Shown here in pieces: positions 1-15,800 of a DNA stretch of 64,000 bases (position 1 is its first letter; every line of letters starts with the position of its first letter). Location of the stretch: NCBI RefSeq assembly GCF_002113885.1, contig NW_018479939.1, positions 1 to 64,000 on the forward strand. The letters run 5' to 3'. The DNA is from Mizuhopecten yessoensis (taxonomy: Eukaryota). The position numbers and the translations under genes were made by a program. Below the pieces are notes generated by a model. That model saw nothing but the letters and a program-made list of their open reading frames with translations, searched no databases and had not been told where the DNA came from.

Positions 1-2090
1 CTACTGTCTACCTGTTATAATACGTCTACATACTACTGTCTACCTTTATCTGTAACAAAACGTCTATATACTACTATCTACCTGTACCTGTAACAATACG
101 TCTATATACTACTGTCGACCTGTACCTGTAACAATAAGCATATATACTACTGTATACCTGTTTCTGTAACAATACGTATATATACTACTGTCTACCTGTT
201 ATAATACGTCTACATACTGCTGTCTACCTTTATCTGTAACAAAACTTCTATATACTACTATCTACCTGTTCCTGTAACAATAAGTCTATATACTATTGTC
301 TACCTGTACCTGTAACAATAGGTCTATATACTACTACTGTATCTACCTGTACCTGTATCAATAAGTATATATACTACTGTACATACTACTGTCTACCTGT
401 ACCTATAACAATAAGTCAATATACTACTGTCTACATGTAACAATACGTCGATATACTACTGTCACCTGTACCTATAACAATAAGTCTATATACTATTGTC
501 TAACTATATACTACTGTCTACCTGTTATAATACCTCTACATACTACTGTCTACATGCACCTGTAACAATAAGCCTATATACTACTACTGTATCTCCCTGT
601 CCCTGTATCAATAAGTATATATACTACTGTGTACCTGTTATAATACGTCTTCATACTACTGTCTACCTTTATCTGTAACAAAACTTCTATATACTACTAT
701 CTACCTGTTCCTGTAACAATAAGTCTATATACTATTGTCTACCTGTACCTGTAATAATAGGTCTATATACTACTGCTGTATCTACCTGTACCTGTATCAA
801 TAAGTATATATACTACTGTACATACTACTGTCTACCTTTATCTGTAACAAAACGTCTATATACTACCATCTACCTGTACCTGTAACAATGCATCTATATA
901 CTAATGTCTACCTGTACCTGTAACAATAGGTCTATATACTACTACTGTATCTACCTGTACCTGTAACAATAAGTATATATACTACTGTATACCTGTTCCT
1001 GTAACATGTCTACATACTACTGTCTACCTGTAATAATAGGTCCAAATACTAATATCTACCTGTTCCTGTAACAATAAGTCTATATACTACCGTCTACCTG
1101 TAACAATACGTCTACATACTACTGTCTACCTATTCCTGTAACAATAAGTCTATATACTACTGTCTACATGTAACAATACGTTTATATACTACTGTCTGCC
1201 TGTACCTGTAACAATAAGTCAAAATATTAATGTCTACCTGTAACAATACGTCTACATAGTACTGTCACAATACGTATATATACTACTGTCTACCTGTATC
1301 TGTAACAATAAGTCTATATACTACTGTCTACCTGTATCTGTAACAATAAGTCTATATACTACTGTCTTCATGTAACAATACGTCTACATACTACTGTCTA
1401 CCTGTAACAATAAGTCTATATACTACTGTCTACCTGTACCTGTAACAATAAGTCAACATATTACTGTCTACCTGTAACAATACGTCTACATAGTACTGTC
1501 ACAATACGTATATATACTACTGTCTACCTGTACCTGTAACAATAAGTCAACATATTACTGTCTACCTGTAACAATACGTGTATTTACTACTGTCTACCTG
1601 TACCTGTAACAATAAGTCAACATATTACTGTCTAACTGTAATAATACGTATACATACTACCTATACCTGTAACAATAAGTCTATTTACTACTGTCACCTG
1701 TACCTATAACAATAAGTCTATATACTACTGTCTACCTGTAATAATACGTCTATATACTATTGTCTACCTGTAATGTTACGTCTATATACTTCTGTCTACC
1801 TGTACCTGTAAGAATAAGTCTATATACTATTGTCTAACTGTAATAATACGTCTATATACTGTTGTCTACCTATAACAATAAATATTTATGATACTGTCTA
1901 CCTGTAACATTAAGTATATATACTACTGTCTACCTGTACCTGTAACAATACGTCTACATACTACTGTCTACCTGTAACAGACCCCAATACGTCTGTATAG
2001 TGCCGTCTATCTGTACCAATACGTCTACATATTACCGGCTATCTGTACCAATACATCTACATATTGCCGTCTATCTGTACAAATACGGCT
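1..2090. repeat. Minisatellite, 32-bp unit (gtctatatactactgtctacctgtaacaataa) with 38-bp variant carrying an extra tacctg
   Basis: Unit read directly (e.g. starts at 1382 and 1414). It degenerates toward ~2090 and continues beyond the window start. Confidence 0.95.
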
Positions 2091-2476
2091 TTATATTTAC
2101 ATTTGCATGGCATTGTCACTATATAGCCTCCTTGAAAACTGTGTCGTTGATGGGACTTTAATTACAATGCATCACGAGACACCATACTTAGCGTATTTTT
2201 ACAACACTGACCGGAACTACAATATCCAATATAAATAAACATGACGGCTGCTGAAATATCGCTGGGCATAGTGAGATTTGACAATGTCATTGTAAATTTA
2301 TGTGTAAAATGAAAAATAAAATAAAAAAAACACTTTTATTACAACGAAAACAAGACCAAGGCCTGCAATATCGTACAAAATGCACATCGGTTGAAATCAC
2401 CAATGACGGCAATGGAAACAATTTTAACGCTCATGCAATTTATCAGAAATATCGTCTGTTACACTGCACTGATCAA

Positions 2477-2600
2477 CAGGGGTTCGTTACAAATGTCTGA
2501 AATACACATATTCTATAGACCTACTGACACATATGTTACAGACCTACTGATATGAGTCACAGCACACATACACATTTCAGACATTTGTAACGAACCTGTG
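2477..2600. mobile_element. Short MITE-like inverted-repeat element
   Basis: Perfect 23-bp inverted repeat ggttcgttacaaatgtctgaaat (2481-2503) / atttcagacatttgtaacgaacc (2574-2596). Right end is cctgtg. No clear TSD. Confidence 0.6.
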
Positions 2601-3939
2601 CTCCGTCGCAAGTTCACTCACTTCAAACGCTATCAGTTTCACGGGTCTCGCATCTACGGTTCCTCAGTTTAATTCTGTCTACAGGACAAATAACGAGGCT
2701 GTTATAGAAACTACCGACTGTTTTCAGGTTCCCATACAATCAACAAATAAATTCACGCCTGGATTCTTCACAAAATGAGCAAAGAGAAAAGTTCGAATAA
2801 ACTTCCAAAAATAACTCCCTCGTGGAGGGCAAGGTCGGATTCACGGTGTTCACAGTCCATGCGCGAAATTTGTTCCGGGGGAAAATCGAAACAATTTAAA
2901 ATCTAACTTTCAGCTCAGAGTTCTATGGATAAACTTGAATTACCCTATATATATATCATACGCAATTGTATTGATACTGAATTGGGGAATTAAATTAAAG
3001 TGTTTGTTAAAATTTCAAAGTACTACTTTGTTTGCCAATCAGCACGCGACAATACGCTGTTCAAACTATTGATCGAAATTGTGCGGACTGTCGATAAGGC
3101 GGGCATTTTTAATTTTAAATATAAATTATAAGTTAAAAAAAAACATAAGAGACAGAGAAAACGTAAATATAAGTATTGAACTGTTTTTGTATGGTATTTC
3201 TGATCTATTTGAATGACACATAGCGCGCATTATGGTGTTTGCTTGCAAAGCTGTGTCATTCAAATAGATCATACAAAAACAGTTCAATGCTTAAATAATA
3301 GCATCTATCTGTATCAATATGTCTAAATGTTCCGTCTACCTCTAAACATATGTCCATCTCTATTTTACTGTCTTCTCTTGACAATGGGTATACATGTTCA
3401 CGTTTGCCTGTTACAATACGTCTATTTATTAAATTTGCCAATAATAGAACGGTATTGGCAAGACTTATCAATAATTAATCTCGAGCTATTTGAGTTGTAT
3501 ACCGTACCTGATATTTGCTTATCAATATTAAATCGCATGACAGGGATTTTGGTCATTAACATCAGTCATGCCGTGTAAAATATTCATAGATGAAACAAGT
3601 TTTCGGTGTCAAATTTAGTTGTTATCAAAGCTCGTATCTTTTAGTACAATCTTTCATGTACGTTACTTTGTTCTAAGCGTGTCGAGGGACATCAAACAAG
3701 AAATCTCAGGGGTTTTAAAACACACGGCTTATAATTCGTTATAAATGGTCTTTTTGTTTTCTAATTACCAAAGCTCTGACATTAGGTTTTTTTAAATTAC
3801 GAACGTGTACATAGTGTAACGTTCACTGACCCACAATAGACGCTAGAGTGGAGAACTGTGTTAAAGTGTAGAGTGCAAAGGCCTAAAAAGACAGCAGTGT
3901 ACAAAATACAAACAACCGCACACACAAACATCAAGTACA

Positions 3940-6900
3940 TTGAAGCAGTATGCGACACAAAGTGGTGGTAATTCAGTCAGTGCTCAGCACAGTTTGGCTG
4001 ATTTAAGTAGTGTAAACACATAGGGACATACATTGAAGCAGTGAACGGCACAGTGTGACGTACATTGAAGCAGTGAACGTCACAGCGTCACGTACATTGA
4101 TGCAGTGAACAACACAGTGACGCATGTGGAAACATTGGGCAGCAAAGTTCGTCGAAGCAGTGTAAAACATAGTGACGCATATTGAAGCAGTATAAAAACA
4201 CAGTGACGCACATTGAAGAAGTCTACATAACAGTGACGCACATTGAAGCAGTACGTGTTCATCACAGTAGCGCACATTGAAAAAATGTACAAAACAGTGA
4301 CGCACATTGAAACACAGTGATGCACATTGAAGTAGTGTTCAACATAGTGGCACTCATTGAAGCAGTACAAAACAAAGTGATGATCATTGAAGCAGAACAA
4401 AACACAGTGATGCACATTGAAGCAGTTTATAACACAGTGATACACATTGAAGCAGTTTATAACACAGTGATGCACATTGAAGCAGTGTAAAACATAGACG
4501 CGCACATTAAAGCAGTACAAAACATAGTGACGCACATTGAAGCCGTTTATAACACAGTGATGCACATTGAAGCTGTGTACAGCATACTTTCACACATGAA
4601 AACATTGTACAGTGGCATAAATTGGAGCAGTGTTCATCACAGTGACGCACATTGAAAAAATGTACATAACAGAGACGCACATTGAAGCACAGTGATGCAC
4701 AATAAAGCAGTTTATAACACAGTGATGCACATTGAAGTAGTGTAAAACATAGCGGCGCATATTGAAGCAGTGTAAAACATAGTGGCGCACATTGAAGCAG
4801 AACAAAACATAGTGATGCACATTGAAGCAGTTTATAACACAGTGATACACATTGAAGCAGTTTATAACACAGTGATGCACATTGAAGCAGTGTAAAACAC
4901 AGTGACGCACATTGAAGCAGTGTTAAACATAGACGCGCATATTAAAGCAGCAAAAAAATAGTGACGCACATTGAAGCCGTTTATAACACAGTGATGCAGA
5001 TTGAAGCTGTGTACAACACACTTTCACACATAAAAACATTGTACAGTGGCATAAATTGGAGCAGTGTTCATCATAGTGACGCACATTGAAGAAGTGTACA
5101 TACCAATGTCGTACATTGAAGTAGTGTAAAACATAGTGGCGCACATTGAAGCAGAACAAAACATAGTGATGCACATTGAAGCAGTTTATGACACAGTGAT
5201 GCACATTGAAGCAGTGTAAAACATAGGGGCGCACATTAGAGCTGTGTTCATCACAATTACGCACATTGAAGAAGTGTACATAACAGTGACGCACATTGAA
5301 GCACAGTGATGCACATTGAAGCAGAACACAACATAGTGACGGCAATTGAAGCAGTGTAAAACACAGTGGCGCATATTGAGGCAGTGTGAAACATAGTGGC
5401 GCACAATGAAGCAGTGTAAAACATAGTGGCGAATATTGAAGCAGTATAAAACACAGTGACGTACATTGAAGCAGTGTAAAACACAGTGACGCACATTGAA
5501 GCAGTGTAAAACATAGTGGCGCATATCGAAGCAGTGCAAAACTTAGTGGCGCACATTGAAGCAGTGATAAACATAGTGGCGCACATTGAAGCAGTACAAA
5601 ATTTAGGGACGCACATTGAAGCAGTTTATAACACAGTGATGCACATTGAAGCAGTTTATAACACAGTGATGCACATTGAAGCAGTGTATAAGACATTTTC
5701 ACACATGAAAACATTGTACAGTGGCATAAATTGGAGCAGTGTTCATCACAGTGACGCACATTGAAGAAGTGTACATAACAGTGACGCATATTGACGCGGT
5801 GTAAAACACAGTGACGCACATTGAAGCAGTGCAAAACATAGTGGCGCATATTGAAGCAGTGTAAAACATAGTGGCGCACATTGAAGCAGTGTAAAACATA
5901 GTGGCGCACATTAAAGCAGTACAAAACATATTGATGCACATTGAAGCAGTTTATCACACAGTGATGCACATTGAAGCTGTGTACAACACACTTTCACATA
6001 TGAAAACATTGTACAGTGGCATAAATTGGAGCAGTGTTCATCACAGCGACGCACATTGAAGAAGTGTACATACCAATGTCGTACATTGAAGTAGTGTAAA
6101 ACATAGTGGCGCACATTTGAAGAAGTTGCATAACAGTGACGCATATTGACGTGGTGTAAAACACAGTGACGCACATTTAAACAGTGTAAAACATAGTGGC
6201 GCATATTGAAACATTGTACATCACAGTGATGCACATTGGAGCAGATAACAACACTCTTTCACGTACAAAACATAGTGACGCACATTGAAGCCGTTTATAA
6301 CACAGTGATGCACATTGAAGTAGTGTAAAACATAGTGGCGCACATTGAAGCAGTACAACATATTGACGCGGTGTAAAACACAGTGACGCACGTTGAAACA
6401 GTGCAAAACATAGTGGCGCATATTGAAACAGTGTTCTTCACAGTGATGCACATTGAAGCAGGTAACAACACTCTTTCACACATGAAATTATTGTACAGTG
6501 GCATACATTGGAGCAGCGTTCATCACAGTGACGCACATTGAAGAAATGTACATAATAGTGTCGCACATTGAAGAAGTTTCATAACAGTGACGCATATTGA
6601 CGTGGTGTAAAACACAGTGACGCACATTGATACAGTGTAAAACATAGTGGCGCACATTGAAGCAAAACAAAACATAGTTATGCACATTGAAGCAGTTTAT
6701 GACACGGTGATACACATTGAAGCAGTGTAAAACATAACAGTGTAAAACATAGTGGCGCATATTGAAAAAGTGTACATCACAGTGATGCACATTGGAGCAG
6801 ATAACAACACTCTTTCACGTACAAAACATAGTGACGCACATTGAAGCCGTTTATAACACAGTGATGCACATTGAAGTAGTGTAAAACATAGTGGCGCACA

Positions 6901-8950
6901 TTTGAAGAAGTTGCATAACAGTGACGCATATTGATGCGGTATAAAACACAGTGACGCACATTGATACAGTGTAAAACATAGTGGCGCATATTGAAAAAGT
7001 GTACATCACAGTGATGCACATTGAACCAGATAACAACACTCTTTCACACAAGAAAACATTGTACAGTGGCATAAATTGGATCAGTTTTCATCACAGTGAC
7101 GCACATTGAAACAGTGTAAAACATAGTGGCGCATATTGAAGCAGTGTAAAACATAGTGGAGACCATTGAAGCAGTACAAAATATAGTGACACAGTGTACA
7201 TCACAGTGATGCAGATTGAAGCAGATAACAACACTCTTGCACACATGAAAACATTGTACAGTAGCATAAATTGGAGCAGTGTTCATCATAGTGACGCACA
7301 TTGAAGAAGTGTACATATTAGTGTCGCACATTGAAGAAGTTTCATAACAGTGACGCATATTGACGCTGTGTAAAACACAGTGACGCACATTGATACAGTG
7401 TAAAACATAGTGGCGCACATTGAAGAATTTGCATAACAGTGACGCATATTGATGCGGTATAAAACACAGTGACGCACATTGAAACAGTGTAAAACATAGT
7501 GGCGCATATTGAAGCAGTGTAAAACATAGTGGAGACCATTGAAGCAGTACAAAATATAGTGACACAGTGTACATCACAGTGATGCACATTGAAGCAGATA
7601 ACAACACTCTTTCACATATGAAAACATTGTTCAGTGGCATACATTGGAGCAGTGTTCATCACAGTGACGCACATTGAAGAAGTGTACATAACAGTGACGC
7701 ATATTGACGCGATGTAAAACACAGTGACGCACATTTAAACAGTGTAAAACATAGTGGCGGATATTGAAACAGTGTACATCACAGTGATGCACATTGAAGC
7801 AGTACAAAACAAAGTTATGCACATTGAAGCAGTTTATAACACAGTGACGCACATTGAAACAGTGTAAAACATAGTGGCGCATATTGAAACAGTGTAAAAC
7901 ATAGTGGCGCACATTGAAGCAGGGTAAAACATAGTGGCGCACATTGAAGCAGTACAAAACAAAGTTATGCACATTGAAGCAGTTTATAACACAGTAATGA
8001 GCATTGAAGCAGTGCACAACAAAACTACACTTATAGAGGCAGAGGACAACACCATAATGTACATTTAAGCAGTATGCATTGTACAACACAGTGTTATACA
8101 TAAAACCTCATTGTAGAGTGACGTAAATTATAAGTGTACGTAACACTGACGCACATTAAAGCAGTTTATAACACAGTGATGTACATATGAAGCAGTGTCA
8201 TACATAGAAACGTTATACGATTACGTATATTAAAGCAGTGTACATCACAGTGACGCAACATGTAGCAGTGCACAGCAGAGTGATGCAGATTGAGGCAATG
8301 TACAACACACTGTCACACATAAACACATTGTATTGTGACGTAAAATGAAGCAGTGTACGTCACAGTGATGCATCTTGAGGAAGTGTACAAACGATTGGTG
8401 TAACTTGAAGCAGTGTTAAACACAGTGACGAATATTGAAGCAGTGTAAAACTCAGTGACGCACATTGAAGCAGTGTAAAACATAGTGGTGCACATTGAAG
8501 CAGTGTAAAACATAGTGGTGCACATTGAAGCAGTATACAACACACGTTCACACATGAAAACATTGTACAGTGGCATAAATTGGAGCAGTGTTCATCACAG
8601 TGACGCACATTGAAGCAGTGTAAAACACGGTGACGCACATTGAAGCAGTGTAAAACATATTGGCGCATATTGAAGCAGTGTAAAACATAGTGGCGCACAT
8701 TGAAGCAGTACAAAACATAGTGATGCACATTGAAGCAGTTTATAACACAGTGATGCACATTGAAGCAGTGTAAAACATAGTGGAGAACATTGAAGCAGTA
8801 CAAAATATAGTGACGCAGATTGAAGCAGTTTGTAACATAGTGATGCATATTGAAGCAGTTTACAATACACTTTCACACATGAAAACATTGTACAGTGGCA
8901 TAAATTGAAGAAGTGTACAGAACAGTGTCGCACATTGAAGCAGTGTACAA
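3940..8950. repeat. Satellite A, 30-bp monomer (gcacattgaagcagtgtaaaacatagtggc) with irregular higher-order structure
   Basis: Monomer read directly. A marker variant acacatgaaaacattgtacagtggcataaattggag recurs about 10 times. The array gives 10-aa periodic spurious ORFs. Confidence 0.95.
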
Positions 8951-11900
8951 CACAGCGACGCACGAGGTAGATGTTTAGACTTAACCACAGCTACGTACAC
9001 TGAAACAGTGTCCAAAACAGCGACGCACGAGGAAGATGTTTCGACAACAACACAGCGACGCACACTGAAACAGTGTCCAACACAGCGACGTAACACAGCG
9101 ACGTACGAGGAAGATGTTTAGACTACAACACAGCGACGCACATTGAAGCAGTGTACAACACAGCGACGCAAAAGGAAGATGTTTAGACTGCAGCACAACT
9201 ATGTACACTAAAACAGTGTCCAAAACAGCGACGCACGAGGAAGATGTTTAGACAACAACACAGCGGCGCACACTGAAACAGTGTCCAACACAGCGACGGA
9301 CGAGGAAGATGGTTAGACTACAACACAGCGACTCACATTGAAGCAGTGTACAACACATCGACGTACTAGGAAGATGTTTAGACCATAACAAAGTTACGCA
9401 TACTAAACAGTGCACAACACAGCGACGTACGAGGAAGATGTTTAGACTTCAACACAGCGACGCACATTGAAGCAGTGTACAGTTGTGGGACCGCACAGCG
9501 CACCAAAAACGCACATTGAAGCAGTGTACAACACAGCGACGTACAAGGAAGATGTTTAGACCATAACAAAGTGACGTATACTAAACAGTGCACAACACAG
9601 CGACGTACGAGGAAGATGTTTAGACTACAACACAGCGACGCACATTGAAGCAGGGTACAACATAGCGACGCACGAGGTAGATGTTTAGACTACAGCACAG
9701 CTACGTACACTGAAACAGTGTCCAACACAGCGACGCACGAGGAAGATGTTAAGACTGCAGCACAGATACGTAAACTGAAACAGTGTACAACACAGCGACG
9801 CAAATTGAAGCAGTGTACAACACAGCGACGCACTAGGAAGATGTTCAGACCATAACAAAGTTACGTATTCTAAACAGTGCACAACACAGCGACGTACGAG
9901 GAAGATGTTTCGACTGTAGCACAGCAACGTACACTGAAACAGTGTACAATACAGCGAGGCACGAGGAAGATGATTAGACTGCAACACAGATACGTACACT
10001 GAAACAGTGTACAACGCAGCGACGCACATTGAAGCAGTGTACAACACAGCGACGTACTAGGAAGATGTTTAGACCATAACAAAGTGACGTATACTAAACA
10101 GTGCACAACACAGCGACGTACTAGGAAGATGTTTAGACCATAACAAAGTTACTTATACTAAACAGTGCACAACACAGCGACGTACGAGGAAGATGTTTAG
10201 ACTGCAACACAGCGACGCACGTTGAAGCAGGGTACAACACAGCGACGCACGAGGTAGATGTTTAGACTACAGCACAGCTACGTACACTGAAACAGTGTCC
10301 AACACAGCGACGCACGAGGAAGATGTTAAGACTGCAGCACAGATACGTCAACTGAAACAGTGTACAACACAGCGACGCAAATTGAAGCGGTGTACAACAC
10401 AGCGACGAACTAGGAAGATGTTCAGACCATAACAAAGTTACGAATTCTAAACAGTGCACAACACAGCGACGTACGAGGAAGATGTTTCGACTGTAGCACA
10501 GCAACGTACACTGAAACAGGGTCCAATACAGCGAGGCACGAGGAAGACGTTTAAACTGCAACATAGCTACGTACACTGAAACAGTGACAACACAACGACG
10601 CACTAGGAAGAAGTTTACACCATAAAACGTTAGTATACTAAACAGTACACAACACAGCGACGTACGAGGAACATGTTTCGACTGTAGCACAGCAACGTAC
10701 ACTGAAACAGTGTACAATACAGCAAGGCACGAGGAAGATGATTAGACTGCAACACAGATACGTACACTGAAACAGTGTACAACACAACGACGCACGAGGA
10801 AGATGTTTTAACAGCACCACAGAAACGTAGACTGAAACAGTGTACAATACAGCGATGCACGAGGAAGACGTTTAAACTGCAACACAGCTACGTACACTGA
10901 AACAGTGTACAACACAACGACGCACTAGGAAGATGTTTACACCATAAAAAGTTAGTATACTAAACAGTACACAACACAGCGACGTACGAGGAAGATGTTT
11001 AGACTACAACACAGCGACGTACATTGAAGCAGTGTATAATATAGCGACTCACTATGTAGATGTTTTGACACCACAGCTACGTACACTGAAACAGTGTTCA
11101 ACACAGCGACGCACGAGGAAGATGTTAAGCCTGCAGCACAGATACGTAAACTGAAACAGTGTACAACACAGCGGCGCAAATTGAACCAGTGTACAACACA
11201 GCGACGCACTAGGAAGATGTTTAGACCATAACAAAATTACGTATTCTAAACAGTGCACAACATAACGACGTACGAGGAAGATGTTTCGACTGTAGCACAG
11301 CAACGTACACTGAAACAGTGTACAACACAGCGACGCACATTGAAGGAGTGTACAACACAGCGACGCACTAGGAAGATGTTTCGACTGCAACACTGCTGCG
11401 TACACTGAAACAGTGTACAACACAACGACGCACGAGAAAGATGTTTAAACAGCACCACATCTACGTAGACTGAAACAGTGTACACTACAGCGACGTACTA
11501 GGAAGACGTTTAAACAGCACCACAGCTACGTACACTGAAACAGTATCCAACACAGCGACGTACACTGAAACAGTGTACAACACAACGACGCACGAGGAAG
11601 ATATTTCGACCATAAAAAGTTAGTATACTAAACAGTGCACAACACAGCGACGTACGAGGAAGATGTTTCGACTGTAGCACAGCAACGTACACTGAAACAG
11701 TGTCCAACATAGTGACGCACATTGAAGGAGTGTACAACTCAGCGACGCACGAGGAAGATGTTTAAACAGCACCACAGCTACGTACACTGAAACAGTGCCC
11801 AACACAGCGACGCACATTGAAGGGGTGTACAACACAGCGACGCACGAGGAAGAGGTTTAAACTGCAACACAGCTACGTACCCTGAAACAGTGTACAACAC

Positions 11901-12323
11901 AACGACGCCCGAGGAAGATGTTTTAACAGTACCACAGCTACGTAGAGATGTTTAGACTACAGCACAGCTACGTACACTGAAACAGTGGACAACACAGCGA
12001 CGCACATTGAAGGAGCGTACAACACAGCGACGCACGAGGAAGAGGTTTAAACTGCAACACAGCTACGTACCCTGAAACAGTGTACAACACAACGACGCAC
12101 TAGGAAGATATTTCGACCATAAAAAGTTAGTATACTAAACAGGGCACAACACAGCGACGTACGAGGAAGATGTTTCGACTGTAGCACAGCAACGTACACT
12201 GAAACAGTGTACAATACAGCGATGCACGAGGAAGACGTTTAAACTGCAACACAGCTACGTACACTGAAGCAGTGTCCAACACAGCGACGTACGAGTAAGA
12301 TGTTAAGCCTACAACACAGCGAC

Positions 12324-12860
12324 TGATTTCAAATCAATTTTATTGTATTCAAAAAAACACAATTGGATTAGGCTAGGGCATTGCCTATAAAAGCCCTTTC
12401 CAGAGAAAATACACACATTTCATACATTCATATATGCATATATATATAGAGAGAGAGTATTATAGAGAAGATGTAGCATATGTTCGAAATAATAGGAGAA
12501 TACTAGAACCATTTAATACATGTTCACAGAAAATAATACATGTAACTAGAATATCATAGATTTTACCATTTCAATTAATATAGTCTATTTACTTCAATTA
12601 TTAATAGCCTAGTGTTTGATTGGAGGCACTTCAAAGACACTGTCACTATACACAGTGCCATCCCTCCCAATTACACCAGAGTTATTGTTATAACATACCA
12701 AATACAAACACATTGTAATATAATTTTTAGAATAGTTTAAGTTAAAATCTTCCAGATTTGTAAATAAACTCCGGAACACATGAGATAATAAATTTATTTG
12801 ATTCACTGCTAAGGGTCATATCACCCTTAGTGAAAGTAACAGTATTGAAGATGATGTTGT
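12324..12860 (-). mobile_element. 5'-truncated non-LTR retrotransposon (CR1/L2-group) 3' end inserted in satellite, copy 1
   Basis: Minus strand reads NIIFNTVTFTKGDMTLSSESNKFIISCVPEFIYKSGRF* (stop 12742-12744), resembling the G..L....N.......FI..S.RF* ORF2 C-terminus. The 3' UTR ends AATAAAattgatttgaaatca. A 12-bp TSD caacacagcgac lies at 12312-12323 and 12861-12872. Confidence 0.75.
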
Positions 12861-15800
12861 CAACACAGCGACACACATTGAAGCAGTGCACAACACAGCG
12901 ACACACGAGGAAGATGTTTAGACTGCAGCACAGCTACGCACATTGAAGCAGTGCACAACACAGCGACGTAAGGGAAAGATTTTTAGACTACAACACAGCT
13001 ATGCACACTGAAACAGTGTTCAACACAGTGACGCACGAGGAAGATGTTTAGACTATAACACAGCGACGCACATTGAAGCAGTGTACAACACAGCGACGTA
13101 AGGGAAAGATGTTTAGACTACAACACAGCTATGCACACTGAAGCAGTGTACAACACAGCGACGTACTAGGAAGATGTTTTGACTACAACACAGCTTCTTA
13201 CACTGAAACTGTGTCCAACACAGCGACGCACGAGGAAGATATAGGGACTATATCACAGCGACTCACATTGAAGCAGTGTACAACACAGCGACGTAGTAGG
13301 AACATGTTTAGATTATAACACAGCTTCGCACATTGAAGTAGTGTACAACACAGCGACGTACGGGAATGATTTTTAGACTACAACACAGCGACGCACATTG
13401 AAACAGTGTCCAACACAGCGACGTACTAGGAAGATGTTTATGCTACAACACAGCTATGCACACTGAAACAGTGTCCAACACAGCGACGCACGGGGAAGAT
13501 GTTTAGACTATAACACAGCTTCGCACATTGAAGTAGTGTACAACACAGCGACGTACGGGAATGATTTTTAGACTACAACACAGCGACGCACATTGAAACA
13601 GTGTCCAACACAGCGACGTACTAGGAAGATGTTTATACTACAACACAGCTATGCACACTGAAACAGTGTCCAACACAGCGACGCACGAGGAAGATGTATA
13701 GACTATATCACAGCGACTCACATTGAAGCATTGTACAACACAGCGACGCAATAGGAAGATGTTTAGACCATAACAAAATTACGTATTCTCAACAGTGCAC
13801 AACATAACGACGTACAAGGAAGATGTTTCGACTGTAGCACAGCAACGTACACTGAATCAGTGTACAATACAGCGACACACGAGGAAGATGTTTAGACTGC
13901 AGCACAGATACGTACAATGAAACAGTGTACAACACAGCGACGCACATTGAAGGAGTGTACAACACAGCGACGCACTAGGAAAATGTTTCGACTGCAACAC
14001 TGCTGCGTACACTGAAACAGTGTACAACACAACGACGCACGAGGAAGATGATTAAACAGCACCACATCTACGTAGACTGAAACAGTGTTCACTACGGCAA
14101 TGCACGAGGAAGACGTTTACACTGCAACAGAGCTACGTACACTGAAACAGTGTCCAACACAGCGACGTACTAGGAAGATAGATGTTTAGACTACACCACA
14201 GCTACGTACACTGAAACAGTGTCAAACACAGCGACGCACATTGAAGGAGTGTACAACACAGCGACGCACTAGGAAAATGTTTCGACTGCAACACTGCTGC
14301 GTACACTGAAACAGTGTACAACACAACGACGCACGAGGAAGATGTTTCGACCATAAAAAGTTAGTATACTAAACAGTGCACAACACAGCGACGTCCGAGG
14401 AAGATGTTAAGACTACAACACAGCGACGTACATTGAAGCAGTGTATACTATAGCGACTCCCTAGGTAGATGTTTAGACTACACCACAGCTACGTACACTT
14501 AAACAGTGTCCAACACAGCGACGCACATTGAAGGAGTGTACAACACAGCGACGCACGAGGAAACAGTGTACAATACAGCGATGCACGAGGAAGACGTTTA
14601 AACTGCAACACAGCTACGTACACTGAAACTGTGTCCAACACAGCGACGTACTAGGAAGATGTTTAGACCATAAAAAGTTAGTATACTAAACAGTGCACAA
14701 CACAGCGACGTACGAGGAAAATGTTTAGATGACAACACAGCGACGTACATTGAAGCAGTGTATAATATAGCGACTCACTAGGTAGATATTTAGACTACAC
14801 CACAGCTACGTACACTGAAACAGTGTCCAACACGGCGACGCACATTGAAGGAGTGTACAACACAGCGACGCACGAGGAAGATGTTTAGACTGCAGCACAG
14901 ATACGTACACTGAAACAGTGTACAACACAGCTACGTAGACTGAAACAGTGTACAATACAACGATGCACGAGGAAGACGTTTAAACTGCAGCACAGATACG
15001 TACACTGAAACAGTGTAACACAGCGACGCACATTGAAGGAGTGTACAACACAGCGACGCACTAGGAAGATGTTTCGACTGCAACACTGCTGCGTACACTG
15101 TAACAGTGTACAACACAACGACGCACGAGGAAGATGTTTAAACAGCACCACATCTACGTAGACTGAAACAGTGTACACTACAGCAATGCACGAGGAAGAC
15201 GTTTAAACTGCAACACAGCTACGTACACTGAAACAGTGTCCAACACAGCGACCTACTAGGAAGATGTTTCGACCATAAAAAGTTAGTATACTAAACAGTG
15301 CACAACACAGCGACGTACGAGGAAGATGTTTAGACTACAACACAGCGACGTACATTGAAGCAGTGTATCACATAGCGACTCACTAGGTAGATGTTTAGAC
15401 TACACCACACCCACCTAAACTGAAAGAGTGTCCAACACAGCGACGTACATTGAAGCAGTGTATAACATAGCGACTCACTAGGTAGATGTTTAGACTACAC
15501 CACAGCCACCTACACTGAAAGAGTGTCCAACACAGCGACGTACATTGAAGCAGTGTATAACATAGCGACTCCCTAGGTAGATGTTTAGACTACACCACAG
15601 CTACGTACACTGAAACAGTACACAACACAGCGACGTACGAGGAAGATGTTTAGACTACAACACAGCGACGTACATTGAAGCAGTGTATAACATAGCGACT
15701 CACTAGGTAGATGTTTAGACTACACCACATCTACCTACACTGAAACAGTGTCCAACACAGCGACGCACATTGAAGGAGTGTACAACACAGCGACGCACGA

